This document shows positions 1 to 15,292 of a stretch of 64,000 nt of DNA, in pieces (the first letter of the stretch is position 1; every line of letters begins with the position of its first letter). This DNA comes from Saccostrea echinata. Taxonomy: Eukaryota. The translations under genes were made by a program, and so were the position numbers. The notes below the pieces were generated by a model, which made no database searches, was not told the DNA's origin, and worked only from the letters and a program-made list of their open reading frames with translations. Location: NCBI RefSeq assembly GCF_033153115.1, contig NW_026889796.1, positions 6,758,001 to 6,822,000 on the forward strand. Reading direction: 5' to 3'.

Positions 1-170
1 ACTTCTTTTGGATGTAATATTCACTAGCAGACTCCTTTTGGATGCTAATGTGCAAAAGCAGACTCTTTTGGATGCTGATGTGCGCTAGCAGACTTCTTTT
101 AGATGCTAATGTGCACTAGCAGACTTCTTTTGGATGCTAATGTGCACTGCCAGATTCCTTTTGATGCTAT
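1..170. repeat. ~31-bp minisatellite (unit ~ACTTCTTTTGGATGCTAATGTGCACTAGCAG), about 5.5 copies, runs off the window start
   Basis: Unit recurs at about 1, 31, 62, 92, 123 and 154 with a few substitutions. Confidence 0.85.
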
Positions 171-960
171 ATGAGTTTATATCTGACTTACATTTTCCAG
201 ATGAATGACAAGTTTTTTAGAGGAAGTCTATTCCCAAGTAATTAAAAGCTACCTGGACCAAACTTGCATGGATGATGCATCTAAGGATGTAAACTGCCTG
301 CTGGATCTGACCTATATATTCTGGTTGAGTGACCAGGTTAAAATTTTTGGAGCAAGTCCATTCCCAGCAAACTATAAGCTCCATGTGACCAAACTTGTTT
401 AAGAGATGCATCTATGGATGTACACTACCAGACATGCTTCAAGGATTATACCTTTATTTTCCATATGGATGACAAGGATAAAGTTTTTGGAGCAAGTCAA
501 TTCCCAGTAACTATTGGACTTTGGATGAGCAAACTTGTATGGATGATCCATATTGGGATGAGCAAACTTGCATGGATGATGCATCTTGGGATGTGCACTA
601 GCAGACTTGCTATGTATGCTAGATATTGCCTACATTTTCTGGCTAGGTTAAAGTTTTTGGAGTGCATCCATTCCCAATAAACTAAAAGCCCTCTAGTGAT
701 TCATGCATTTAAGGATACACAATACTAGACTTAGGATGCTGGATGTGACCTACATTTGCTGGATGAGTGAACATTTTTTGGTGCAAGTCCATTCCCATTG
801 GTCTATGGTGACCACACTTGCATGGATGTTGCATCTAGGGATGTACACTTTTAGACATGCTTCATATGCTGGATCTAGCAGACTTGCTGGATCTGGCCTA
901 TATTTTCAGGATGCTTGAAAAGGTTTTGGAGCATGTCCATTCACAGTATTTTTAAAAATC
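171..960. repeat. Degenerate tandem array, ~125-170 bp period
   Basis: TTTTTGGAGCAAGTCCATTCCCA variants at about 344, 484, 654, 775 and 924, with recurring AAACTTGCATGGATGATGCATCT. Confidence 0.7.
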
Positions 961-1085
961 TCACCCAGATCAGGATAATTTATCTACGGATGTACATTTC
1001 CAGAACATTCATTTGATGTGAGACTGTCTCACTTCTAGATAATATTCAATGAGGTGAGCTTCATAATCTTTGATTACCTGTGTTT

Positions 1086-2036
1086 TTTTTATGCCCCAGT
1101 AATTGAAGATTAGGGGGCATATAGTTTTTACCCTGTCCGTCTGTCTGTCCGCCAAAACTTTAACCTTGCCCATAGCTTTTGATTGGTAGAAGCTATGGGC
1201 TTTCACATGTCATGTCTACTCCTTGTGACAAGACCTTCTTTGGGTACAGACATATTTGACCTCTTGACCTTGGAGTTTGACCCACTTTTGCAAATTATAC
1301 CAAACTTTAACCTTGGTTTTAACTTTTGAACAGTTTGTACTAGGGCTTTCACTTCACATGTGTATTCCTTGTGAGAAGGCCTTTCCTTGGGTATAAATAT
1401 TTTTATCGTTAGAGTTTGACCTACTTTTGAAAACTTTAACCTTGGCCATAACTTTTGAAAGGTTAATACCAGAGCTTTCATATTTCACAGGTGTTTTCCT
1501 TGTGATAAGACCTTTGGGTACCAATTTTGACATTGGAGTTTGACCTGCTTTTGAAAAACATTGACCTTGGCCATAACGTTTGAAAAGTTGGTGCTAGGGC
1601 TTTCATATTTCGCATGTGTATTTCTTGTGACAAGTCCTTCCCTTGGGTACCAACAGCTTTGTCCTTGACCTTGGAGTTTGACCTACTTTTGAAAAATTTT
1701 AACCATGTCCATAACTTTTGAATGTTTGGTGCTAGGGCTTTCGTACTAGTAATTCACATGTATTTCATGTGGCAAGACCTTCCGTTGAGCACCATTAATT
1801 TCTAAGCTTGACCTAGATGTTTTACCTAATTTTTAAAAACTTTAACCTTTGTCATTACTTTTCAACGGTTAGTGTTAGGGCTTTCATTTTTCGCAGGTAT
1901 ATTCCTTGCGACAAGTCCTTTCTTTGGATACTAACATGTTTTATCTATTGACTTTGGAGTTTCACTTGCATTTGAGAAACTTTAACCTTCGCCATAAGCT
2001 GCATACGGGGGCTTCTGTGTTTCACAAACACATCTT
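1086..2036 (+). mobile_element. Non-autonomous Helentron/Helitron-type element with internal ~140-bp satellite array
   Basis: 5' end TTTTATGCCCC..GGGGGCATA inverted repeat followed by a (CTGT)n microsatellite. About 7 copies of AAACTTTAACCTTGGCCATAACTTTTGAA. 3' hairpin TGTGTTTCACAAACACA. Inserted in a T-run. Same family as 22247-23393. Confidence 0.8.
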
Positions 2037-2184
2037 TTTTTCTTGATTTTCAACACCAAATATTCTTGATGAAATGAAAATGTATTTAAAATAGAATTCA
2101 TAAAAATGCTACATAGTAATACAGGTACCTATTTTGACGTTATACTGCCGACTTGACAGGTCGCTTCCCCGTCTGTCCAATAAT

Positions 2185-2546
2185 TTTTTTTTTTTATCTC
2201 ATCTGAGCCAAAGGCTTGAGAAAGTTTTCTTTCTGTATACTTGTCACGTTTTTAGCTTCTTTTCCAGAATCATCGGACCAATTTTAACCAAACTTGCCAC
2301 AAAGCATCCTTCAGTAAAAGTGATCGTTTGTTTTTCTTAAACAAAGAGCCACGCGGGAAAGCTTAAGCTACGGCAATTTTTTTTTAAAATGTGAAATGCA
2401 GTAGGTTATGGGAAAATCTGCTTTCAAAGAAAAGGGGGCAGCGGACAAGAAAAAAAATCGACACGTGCATATAAAAAACAACCAAAAGAAAGAAATTCAG
2501 TTTGTTCAAACTATGACCTTTGTGGTAAGGTTGAGACCGCACTAAG
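2185..2546 (+). mobile_element. Decayed Helentron-type fragment related to 42422-43360
   Basis: TTTTTATCTCATCTGAGCCAAAGGCTTGAG and CCAATTTTAACCAAACTTG..AAAGCATCCTT resemble the reverse complement of 43200-43360. Confidence 0.5.
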
Positions 2547-2886
2547 CAGACCCGTAGCAACGGTTTCAAAAGGGGAGGGGCATCCTCGCAATGCCAGTGG
2601 TCCTGAGTCAACACGTTGCCGTTGAACCCCTAAAAAATTTCATTCGATATTTTAGGGCCAACGGCATCGTGTTGACTCATGACCCCTGACATTGCGAGGA
2701 CGGGGGAGGCAAATCTGACAAGCCCCATCCCCCAAAAGCTAATTTACTGTCCAAATTCTGGGATTTTCTTGTGCTCGACCTTACAACATCAAAAAGTAGG
2801 GGGCATCTAAAGGAAAATTTACTTTAACAAAAACTATACTCAGAAAAAAGTGCCCCCCCCCCCCCCCCCCGCGTTCTAATGGCCTG
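2547..2886. mobile_element. MITE with CAG..CTG termini and 5-bp TSD, containing a 118-bp palindrome
   Basis: Left end CAGACCCGTAGCAACGG; right end reverse complement CAGGCCATTAGAACGCG. CTAAG flanks both ends (2542-2546 and 2887-2891). Palindrome at 2583-2700. Confidence 0.7.
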
Positions 2887-3265
2887 CTAAGGGTTGAATT
2901 TTTATGTCATTTGTGGGAAAATTACTGGACCGTAAGAAAGACAGTAGTGGGCATATGGAGAAAGAGACTTCTACATAAGGAATATATTTAATTTTTTATA
3001 ACTTGTTCCATGTACCAATAGCCGTTTAAATTTGCGAGAGAATATATAATACGTTTATCATCAAGCCGCCAGATTTGGATAAAAAGTTTATATTGCAGTA
3101 TGCATAAGTTGAAAAATATTAGGTGATTTCTATGGGCCTGGATGTACTGACCTTGTCTGTGAAATCTTCAGAGTGGTATGGCCAGCTAGAAAAATAATGG
3201 ACAAGCGACAAAATATGCTTTAAAATTACTTAAAGAAAAAAGAATATGCCTTAAAATAACTTTCA

Positions 3266-3311
<46 letters not shown>

Positions 3312-4053
3312 AGAAAAAGAGAAATGGGAAGTTTTACTCTGAATTCTTCAAACATTGGAGGGGGTTATTGCTTTCAGAGGGGGAGGGGATCCTACTCTTC
3401 TGCAGCATTGAATAAATGAAAATGAGATACAAGAACGAGGAAGGGCAAAACAAAAAAAAAATTGGGGACAGGCCAGATTTGAATGATAATTTGGCACACA
3501 AGTAGACTACACTAAGATACATAATTCTGTTTATCGGTTGTTGATTTCAATGAACAGTGTTGCCATGGTACTAAAAATAGAAATTTCTGTGAAATACTTT
3601 CAAACGCTACTCCTCCTACAGTTTTGGTTCAAGACTTCTCAGAAAGGAGGGAGGCTCCCCCTTCTATTTATACGATACATATGATCTTCATTTATACTGG
3701 AATATTACAGTTAATGAATGGGGCTTTTTTGGATCCTTTTTGGAAGTTATCTTATCAGAGGGACAGTAAACCTTAAAGGATGCAAACCATAAATTCTTGT
3801 TAACTTTTATTGTTGTTTTCTGAGAAATTATATGAATGTCCAAAGTCTTTAAAAGGATGCAGTCCATAAAGTCTTGGTAACTTTTTAAATAGGATTTTTC
3901 CATTAAATCCTAAAGGGAGTAGAATATGAGTTATCCTTAATTTTCCATCTAATGTCACAGATTCTGCAAGTATGGGACGAGTTCACCAAAGATTAAATTT
4001 AAAAAAAAAAGTATGTGATCAAAAAAAAGTATGTGATCAACAATTTTATGTAA

Positions 4054-5290
4054 AGGAGAAAGGCCGAAAACTGTCCATTCTGTGAGAGAAAGAACTAACG
4101 GCCCTCGGTTAGTTCTTTCTCTCACAGAATGGACAGTATGAGGCCTTTCTCCTACTTAAAACACGATTTCCTTTGTTCTGAAAATTAAATAAAAAATGTA
4201 CATACAACAGGTAGCACACATACAATGACAAGTTCATTGTTTACAGAATGGACAGTCACAGGTAAGCTAGGGATGCAGAGCAATTTGTTGAATAGCCATT
4301 GTGTTTCCAGATGCAAATAACAAAAGGTCTTTGTCTTAAGAATGGACAGTTATAGGTGGATTTTTGGGATACTAGTATTTACACAAGTATGCGATGCTTC
4401 AAAATCAGTTTACAGTTTGCGTTGTAAAGGCATACATGTTTTTCCTGTGATGGAGAGAGTATATGACAGAATCAAAATGTAATAAACCAAAATATGCACA
4501 AAATTAGTGATATTTGGATCTGGAAACGGAAAAGAAATATTAGCCAAATTTTAACCCAAAAATGAACTTCGACGACAGATACAGATGATCAGATTTGAAT
4601 CAAACCTGAAAATGTTTTATTTGAATTGTCTTTGAGGATATATTAACTGCAGCAGTGTAATGGTGAGATGCAAATTGTGTTCAGAGTGTTGGATAAGCCA
4701 TGAGTCAATCTTCGACCTAAAAAAATTTTTCAAATTAAATTTGGAAATGTTTCATTTTTATTTATTTTCTATCAAAATATTTACTGCAGCAGTGTAGATA
4801 TCATGGTGCAAACTATTTTCTGGGTGGATGATTTAATATACTAGACGTACTTCTATCTGAAAATGAATTGTCCTCGAGTAAATGATTTTTCCGAAGTTTT
4901 AATCAAATGTGAAATTGTGTCATTTGAATTCAAGTTTTGTGAAAATTAAGTTTTGAGTATTGAAATAATGTGCATTATTCGTGGATTTAAAAGAGTAAAA
5001 TGGAGTGGGTGCTATGCAGACATTGTGTTCAGGATCAACTTTGATCTCTGCGTTCTTTTTGTTACTTACATTAAATTAAAAAATATTTAATGTTTTTGTT
5101 TCCCTCTTGAACACATTCCGAAGTTTACCTGTAACTCTCCATTCTGTTTGTTTTAACTGTCCATACTTTTTGATAAAACCGTCCGACCATTCTTAAAAAG
5201 AATGGACAGTTTTCCAAGAATGGACACTTACAGGTAACTTAATGGATTGTTTGAGGAGTTAGCTCAACATTAACCTATAGAATGGACAAC
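4054..5290. mobile_element. Palindrome-headed element with dispersed AGAATGGACA motifs
   Basis: Near-perfect 100-bp palindrome at 4054-4153. AGAATGGACA recurs at about 4246, 4340, 5200, 5218 and 5280. Right boundary uncertain. Confidence 0.5.
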
Positions 5291-6056
5291 ACAAACAAAA
5301 GGTTTACGTCACAAACATGTTTTAAATGTAATGAAAAAAATTGTCAAACTGATAACACCCCCCCCCCTACACACACACACACAAAGAAAACCATTTTGTG
5401 TATATATCTGATAGTTTGATCAATGTTGTAAAGCAAGTTGGAGAGGGGGTCCCACTCCTGTTGGATTTCTTGAATTCACACTTACTATCTATAATTAAAA
5501 ATGTTCATTCATTCAAGTCTGAAATCTTGCATCATAGATACATATCATATCATAGATCCGACCGATCTTGATCCTTTCTTGGTCCCAAAGAAAAGTTGGT
5601 AATTTCAAATTTCTTTACCATTAGTATTTTAAGTTTGTATAAGATGCTTTATATTTTGTTTCCTCTGCAAAATATCTTAGCCCCCCCCCCCCCCCCCGCT
5701 CGTTTTAGATGCTTCATCAATAGCAACGTATCAAATCAATTTTTACGTGTAGAACTCTCTACCTTCCCAGACTAAAGTGAATGGAACATATAAAAGAGAA
5801 ACTTTTTAATCGAAGTGAGAAGGGGGTGGGTGTTATTAAAATAACAATTTAACAATTTTATCTGTAAAACTCGAAATTGAACAGAATGGAATTAATGCAA
5901 AATATTTTGCTCCTTAAAAAAATATGGAGGATACTAATCCTTAAAATTCAAAAAATTTCTTAAGGGGAAGTGCGAGATAAAATCTGATGTATATGCACGT
6001 ATCGTTTACACTTTTATCAATACACTTATTTAGAGGCATCGAGGGAAAAATAGTCA

Positions 6057-6240
6057 GGTGACCCATTTTACAAAGGAACTTACAACCAAGACCACAATGT
6101 AATTTTTTACGTTATAACTTGAAATGGTAGTATATCTTTAAACAAGAACTATTCGGGATATTTTTTTGGAAGCTAACAAGGCAAGTTTTATTACATTTTG
6201 CTTAAATTTTTGGGCCGTCCCTTTGTAAATCGGGACCCGG
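6057..6240. mobile_element. Small MITE, same family as 34704-34921
   Basis: Imperfect TIRs GGTGACCCATTTTACAAAGGAACTTA / CTTTGTAAATCGGGACCC. Confidence 0.5.
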
Positions 6241-6791
6241 GTTACCCATTTGTCACGTTTCCTAGCAAATTTGAATTTTTATAGTACATGTTTAGTCATG
6301 AACTTTTTTCTTGTATTAATCTTGCAACTATTTTACCTACTCTGTATGCATTCAATTCTACCCAGACGACATGCAATTTGTAATCAAGCCATTCATGTTT
6401 GCTAAAGCACCCAATAAATTAGTCGGCGATATATGGGGTACGATTACATATGGTCTCCACTTCCATTTAAAATTTTCCTTCCGTGACTAATTTTCTATTA
6501 TCGCAACTAAATAAAAGCATTCGTGCGTGTAAAAGACCTATCTCCAAATCAATCTAAGGTGGATTTAATTTGTATTTAGTCTGCAATATAAAACAAAACA
6601 AAAAAATAGCTTTTTGATGTCTTGTATTCTGGATTTTTAATAACTAACAGATCTTAAAATAATAACAAGTCCAGAATAATACTTTGATGGTAAAATTTTT
6701 ACATTTTAAGACATTGATGGTAGGTCTATTTGAGTATTTAATTTTCACAAAGATCTTGCTGCGACTAGAATGTTCTTTTAGAGGACACAGT

Positions 6792-8853
<2,062 letters not shown>

Positions 8854-8941
8854 TGTGAATAAATAATAAATATAGCTCTTAGCTCACCGTTTGAACTTTG
8901 CTTTGAAGCTTTGCCTACGGTTGAAAGTAGAACGCGCGGTG

Positions 8942-9005
8942 TTTATATACCTTTGTAGTCCTTGGGTTTTAAACCTACGCGATGTAGGGTTTTCTGATTG
9001 GTTGG
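8942..9005 (-). promoter_or_regulatory. Beta-tubulin core promoter: TATA box and CCAAT box
   Basis: TATATAAA on - strand at 8949-8942, about 90 nt upstream of the ATG; CCAAT at 9001-8997. Confidence 0.65.
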
Positions 9006-11675
9006 TTTGAAACATCAAATAGTTTCCGTAAAATGAACATTTTTTGCGCTTTTTTCCCTGCAGATATATAGTAACATTTAATTTGATTTCATTTTCCTTA
9101 TTGCTAAGGAAGTTATTTTATAAAATATTTATTAAAATTTAAGCATTTTAAAGAAATATATATTTCAAATGCGGAGTAATTTATCCACATATTGTGATTG
9201 TTGTTGCTTAGTGATTTTTGTTTAGGTTCCCAACAGAAACGGCAAGTAAACGATTTCGCGGATTTCATTGAAACTTTTACATGGTATCAAAACAAAAACA
9301 TGTTCTGATATATGTTTTACTTTTAGGATTTTACTTATGATAGGATTATAAAGTAATAAATACGCTGACTCTGTGTAACTGTGATAAAAATTAGTCGAAA
9401 TTTAAAAATAATGTAAAAGCAAATAAATAGAAAAATAAATTATACTCTTAATTAATATTTCGAACAATAACAAAAAATAAAATATCAAAAAACCGATAAA
9501 TTTCTACTATTAGTCAATATATTCCTTTTATTCTCTACTCAATATACCAGACTGTAAATTTTTATCATTTAAATCTTTGGTCGTTATCTTTATTCATTCT
9601 GAACAAGGTGCGTGTTGCTGTCTTTGGCAACTTTTGATCCATGAAAACGATAGATCATCATTTGATCAATCTATCAGAATGTGAACAGATGTGAACTTTG
9701 CTTCTGAAGAAATGTTTAATAGATATATTCGTAACTCAGTTAAATTGTTCTAAATACATGTCCATGCCCTTGGTCTGAAATTGGGCTCGAGTTTGTGTCG
9801 ACATAATTATTATTCCATAAATGATACCTATAATATATCTATCTGTCGCTGTTTTGTTTTTTTAATCTATCTACCAGATTTTTTCAAATTATGAATTTTT
9901 TATTAATCGAAATAACTTTTTTTAATTAACTGAAACCACAAAGAATGTTTTTAAACATTCAGGGGGAAAATGTGTGCGTTTTACTTGAAAGATTTTAATT
10001 ATTCCGTTAACAGTTATAAGCCACTGAATTTAAAAAAAAAAATGAACATTTTATGGGCTCTGAATTGAAACCTGTTTCACCCTGTCCGTATCAGGGAAAA
10101 TATATGTTATAATCGTATGTTCAGAAATTTACCAAAATGAAACAAAATGTTTATGCAATTTTAAGCTAGGAAAACGTATATAACTGTCACAGAGCTTAAT
10201 TAAAGCCTATATATGTTGTTAAACCGAAAATTTACCAGAAGAATTAATCATATGTGTAGTCTACATTGACCTGAAATATTTTTTCTATATATACATCAGG
10301 TCTGTATGGGTTCAATTGTCTGTTCGGGGACTGTTAATTCAATAATTGAAGGGTCTTCTTCCTTTATATATTAAAAATTCAGTCGTCTTGTACTATAGAA
10401 TGTCTGTCAGATGGTAAAGGATCTTAATTTTTTCGGGGTCATCAGATTTTTTATACAGTATTACCTCAACATTCAACTTCATTAACACATGAAATGACAC
10501 GAGGATAATCGGAGGCTTATCATTCAAAACCCTGAATGGATATCTGATTAAAATCCCGATTTAGTATAACTAAAACTCTGCGTAGTCCAATCTCAGTCCA
10601 AATTTTCTCTATTAAATTATTTAAACTGATTAAGTTATGTATTAAAGACTTATTGTACATATACAAGTCCTATCCCATCTCCCGCTTCACGTGTGTAATT
10701 TAAAATCCGCGACCAGTTTTCTGGCATGGAGAAATATTTCTCAACTAAGACAAACAATCGACATTTTATTTGGTGAAAAGTCTGATGTGAGGTTTAAATT
10801 TGATGGACCAGGAGAACTGATATGATGTTTGATATGCAAATAAAGCGAGTGGTATTTAGAGAAATAGAGCCCTTGTATTCAAAGCCAGAGGGGTCATAAG
10901 AGCGAGACTTTTATTTTAATTCCCTAAGTTTGTACACCTGGCCCAGAAAAAAAAAATCAAAATACATAACTGAAGATATAACTATTGAGGAAACAATCGT
11001 ACATGAACAACTGAAAATCTTCCTTAAAACAAAACAGATATAAAAGTATCGTGCTGTTTGGTATTTAAGATAATTTCAGAAATTATTTTTCTTCCGCAAG
11101 AAGTTAAACTTCAAGATAGACGGAACAGGTGTGCTGAAAACTGCTTTCTGGTATTTTATTTATGCCGGTGCAAAAATTATTCTACGGAAGTTTGACTATA
11201 GACTTGTCAGCAACGAGCTATGGTATGGCATACCACTTTTTTCTCTGTGTATGCCAGCATAGTGTATATTCAGTCGCTAAACAACACACGTTTTGTGTTC
11301 AGTAGAATGAAAATACATTTTTGGTATTAAATTTCCAATATAACAAAAACGCTTCTGACTTTCTATTTGTTCTCCTGGGCACTAACTCAGAACTTAAATC
11401 AATAGCTCCAAACAAGAGTGTTTTTATCACCCATAAAAGTGGTTTTTAAAGATCTGTGTCCTAAATCTATTTGACGTGAAATTGAAAGAAGTCTATAATA
11501 TGTACCTGAAATATTTATTCAGCGCTTTTGACTGCATGCATAAATATAAGATAAGAAAAGTGTGTTTTTTTAAACTTGTATGTGAACACCTTTATTTCAC
11601 AAAAAGGAAATTAAAGATATATGAATAATCAAATTTCTCCTTATGCAGTAGGGAAATAATTTACCAGTTTGCCGA

Positions 11676-11723
<48 letters not shown>
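11676..11723. repeat. (CT)n microsatellite
   Basis: Direct reading. Similar (AG)n tracts at about 12605-12631 and 51130-51163. Confidence 0.95.
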
Positions 11724-11747
<24 letters not shown>

Positions 11748-12600
11748 GTAATGTAAGCTATCGCGTAACTTGGGAACCTGAAGTGTAGATCCAACTTAGA
11801 TTTTAAGAAATTAAACAAGTTTAATCAATGAATACCATTGATTCAGGAGATAAGAATGATAGCAGAAAATGGTGGATCCTTATCGAGTCAACATGATAAC
11901 TCTTGTCACAAGAGTTAAAACTTTAAAAGTTAAAGGGAGTTTAACTTGATTACTGATATCTATTTACTTTGTACACCAGACAAACCCCGGTGTGTTGGTA
12001 GCAACCCACAAATGCAATATCTCAGTCCAAAGTAAAAGGTTGAACAAACTTTTATTGCACCGTCATTTCTAATTTTAGACTGGGCTACATGTATCTGTTT
12101 ACATGGTCATTGAATAAATGTATATACGCTGAGGGTCAATGCAGTTTTTTAAAAGTTCAGGACTAATCTCAAGACATAGGCGTAGATTTCAGTCTATACT
12201 AAAATTCATATTACTGGATTGGAGTGAAATTTCTCTCAGTAGATGGTTGAAATTGGCAACACGTTTAATATCCCCGAATGTATACGAAATATCCATCATA
12301 CTGTGCTATAATTTTTCGTATGTGGTATATTTTTCGATCAAATGTACGATGACCCCCCCCCCCCAAAAAAAAAAATAATAAGCAGTTAGTACATATATAT
12401 TTTGTAGAATTAGGTGGTTGAGAAAAATATTCCTTTTTATATGTATTATATTACTTCTGTGTCTATGTATCTTCTTCCTTCTATATTTTAAAATATAAAT
12501 AATTCATGTATTTTTCAAATGAAAGTAAAAAATATTCAAAATGATTGTTGAATAGTTTTATTAGTTAATAATATGAACATATCTTATTTCAAGGTTATCA

Positions 12601-12635
<35 letters not shown>

Positions 12636-14153
12636 TACACCGACATCGTCAAAGTATACAATTGAATTCTAACAAAAATGTATAATGTCTTTAAATCCCT
12701 TTTTCAATGGAAACTTGCAAGCATTAAATCCCCCGGTGAAAGAATTAACATTTGGATTTTCTCCCCGACTGGTAATACATATGTACACATTTACTTCAAA
12801 CTTAGCAACGAACAGCCTATGTTATTTTCAGAGCTCAAGTCTTGACTGGTTCACATTCACTGCCATCCTACGCGGCAGATCGATAACAAAAGTCGATCGC
12901 TCCCTAGTCATCGATAATCCAAAGGAATTACTTTTCAAATCGCTTTGTGTACAAGTTTAAACTACAGGTGAAATTCCCTCGCAAACTACGTGTAGATATA
13001 TATGTGTTCTCTGATATTGGTTAACTCGTGGTATTCAAAGGACCCTGAAGCCGATTAAAGACAAAAATACAGAGAAATTTGTTAAGCCTTATACATTTAA
13101 TCCATGTTGTGTGCAGAATAATTATGTAATAATATTACAATGGACTTGAAATACATAGTAATACAATATACCCCATCTCTTTTGCAAGTGATTTGTTTGA
13201 AAAAAAATTTGAATATACATTGTATTCTGACTCCCAGTATGTTCAAATACATGCAGTCTACTTTGAAGCCCCCCCCCCCCCCCAATACACACATACACAC
13301 AAATTAATTTGTTATCAAGAGTGATGTTTGAGATTAATTAATTGAATCTGATAAGATTGCCCTCAATTTATGTCGTTGCTGATGAAGTAACGACAAAGTA
13401 AGACCCCGATCCTGTAAAACTCCTCTCACCTCTAGTATGAAGTCAGGTCCGTAGGATCGGGGGGGGGGGGGTCGAGAATGTGCCACAATAATTTTGCCAA
13501 TGTGCCGGTATATACTACACGAAAGAAAACAGAGCTAATTTAAGGTTGTGCCCCTGAATAATAACTTTGAAACTTCGATGACCTTTTTTTGAAGGGGGAG
13601 TCGTCTCTAGGAATGTAATTAAGTCTCCACCCTCCCTCCCTCGGACATATTTTTCTTCTGTAGACGCTTGAAATACTGATATCATTCATTAAATGATGTC
13701 ATTCAGCCGCACTATAGAATTTGTGCTTGCGACTAATCTAGGCAGAAAAGAGAGAAGAAATTAAATTTAACCCACATATCAATTTGCAAATAGTAATGAA
13801 TATGAAATCCAGATGGGTTAATTGAATTTAAAACAACAAGGACGATCCACTCGGTCTCCAGTATAAAATAGCAAAGGTTATGGCATATTTCCCAAGAGTC
13901 TTAAATATGACGAATAACTCGGGAAATTTGTATTATTCATATTTGCACCATACTTCAAATCGATATCACCACTATTGCAGTTGCAGTTTGAACGCTGGAA
14001 AAAAAATGCTGTTACAGAAGTATACTAAAAACTTCATATGTTCTGCTTCATACGATTCCATTGTACCTGGACAGGCCGAACAAATACATGACAGATCTGT
14101 AAAAAATGTGATGTCAAACACAAAGCTCATTGGGCTGATGGTTATAACCCCCC

Positions 14154-14186
<33 letters not shown>

Positions 14187-14715
14187 TTCCATGAATTTGG
14201 TCTGTACAATTTTACATTCCAGAACCCAATTTTTCCCAACAGAAATCCGTAATTATTGAGGAGCTGTAGTATATGTTGGCCATTTATTGGAACCCCCCCC
14301 CCCCCAATGTTTATAGGCCTAATATTAGCCATTAAATCGATTTAAATAAGACGCATAAAAAATTCACAAGTGCATGTACTTTTCATAGGGTAAAAAGAAA
14401 CACTAGATATTTTACCCTAAGCAAAAGTTATGATTTTCAGTAGTATTTCTAGTATAAATACACACATGTATACCAACAAATGTCACCCAAGATCCATAGA
14501 ACTAAAAGTTTGTTCTTTTGTCGTATGTGAACCCCCCCCCCCCTGGGAACTGGGAATTACATGTTTTATTTTTAAGAGAAAATACTTCTTCCTCGCCTTT
14601 ACCGTTTAAAAAATTCTGAATCTGCCAATTTTTGTTATTAATGTAATATTCATGTTATCATAGAGTTTATTCAAGCATGCGTATTAAAGATAACGAAACA
14701 GGCAATATCTTTTAT

Positions 14716-14840
14716 AAGCAGTGGCAGTAAGCAGTGAGCAGTGGCAGTATATGGTGATCTATAAGCAGAGACAGTTGGCAGTAAGGAGGGAGCAGTTGCA
14801 CTGCAAAAAGCAGTTCGCTAAAGCATGCAGTTGGCTGTCG
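14716..14840. repeat. Degenerate short-period GCAGT repeat
   Basis: AAGCAGTGGCAGTAAGCAGTGAGCAGTGGCAGT... about 10 GCAG(T) cores. Confidence 0.6.
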
Positions 14841-15093
14841 TATATGGAATTCCATAGTGACCAGCTTCCAAGTAAGTACATCTAATTTTATATATTATGT
14901 AATTCAGGCCCTTAGAACGCATAATTCAGGCCCTTAGAACGCAAGGGGGGGGGGGGTAATTTTTCTGAGCAGAGAATTTCGCTGTAATAGTTAATTTTCT
15001 TTTAGATGCTGGTTGCCCCCCCCCCACACACACACTTTTTGTTGCTGTGAGGTGAAGCATTGGAAAATTCCAGGATTATTTGGACAGTTAATT

Positions 15094-15130
<37 letters not shown>

Positions 15131-15292
15131 TGTCAGATTAATTTGGGAAAGTTGCCTCCTCCCACTTTTTGGTCAGTGATTTTTTTTTTAACTTTTATCT
15201 TAATTGCTTGTCAGATTAATTTGGGGAATATTGATGAGTAAATGAGATTAGACTATCTTTTTGGTGCTAGATCCATTATGACGTTATAATCG

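Noticed and set aside
3268-3310. 43-nt poly-T as a retrocopy or SINE tail
   Set aside because: No recognisable element body or TSD adjacent; treated as a simple homopolymer.
13371-13395. CTGATGA within a hairpin, possible hammerhead ribozyme
   Set aside because: Only a simple stem-loop; the GAAA core and three-stem arrangement are missing.
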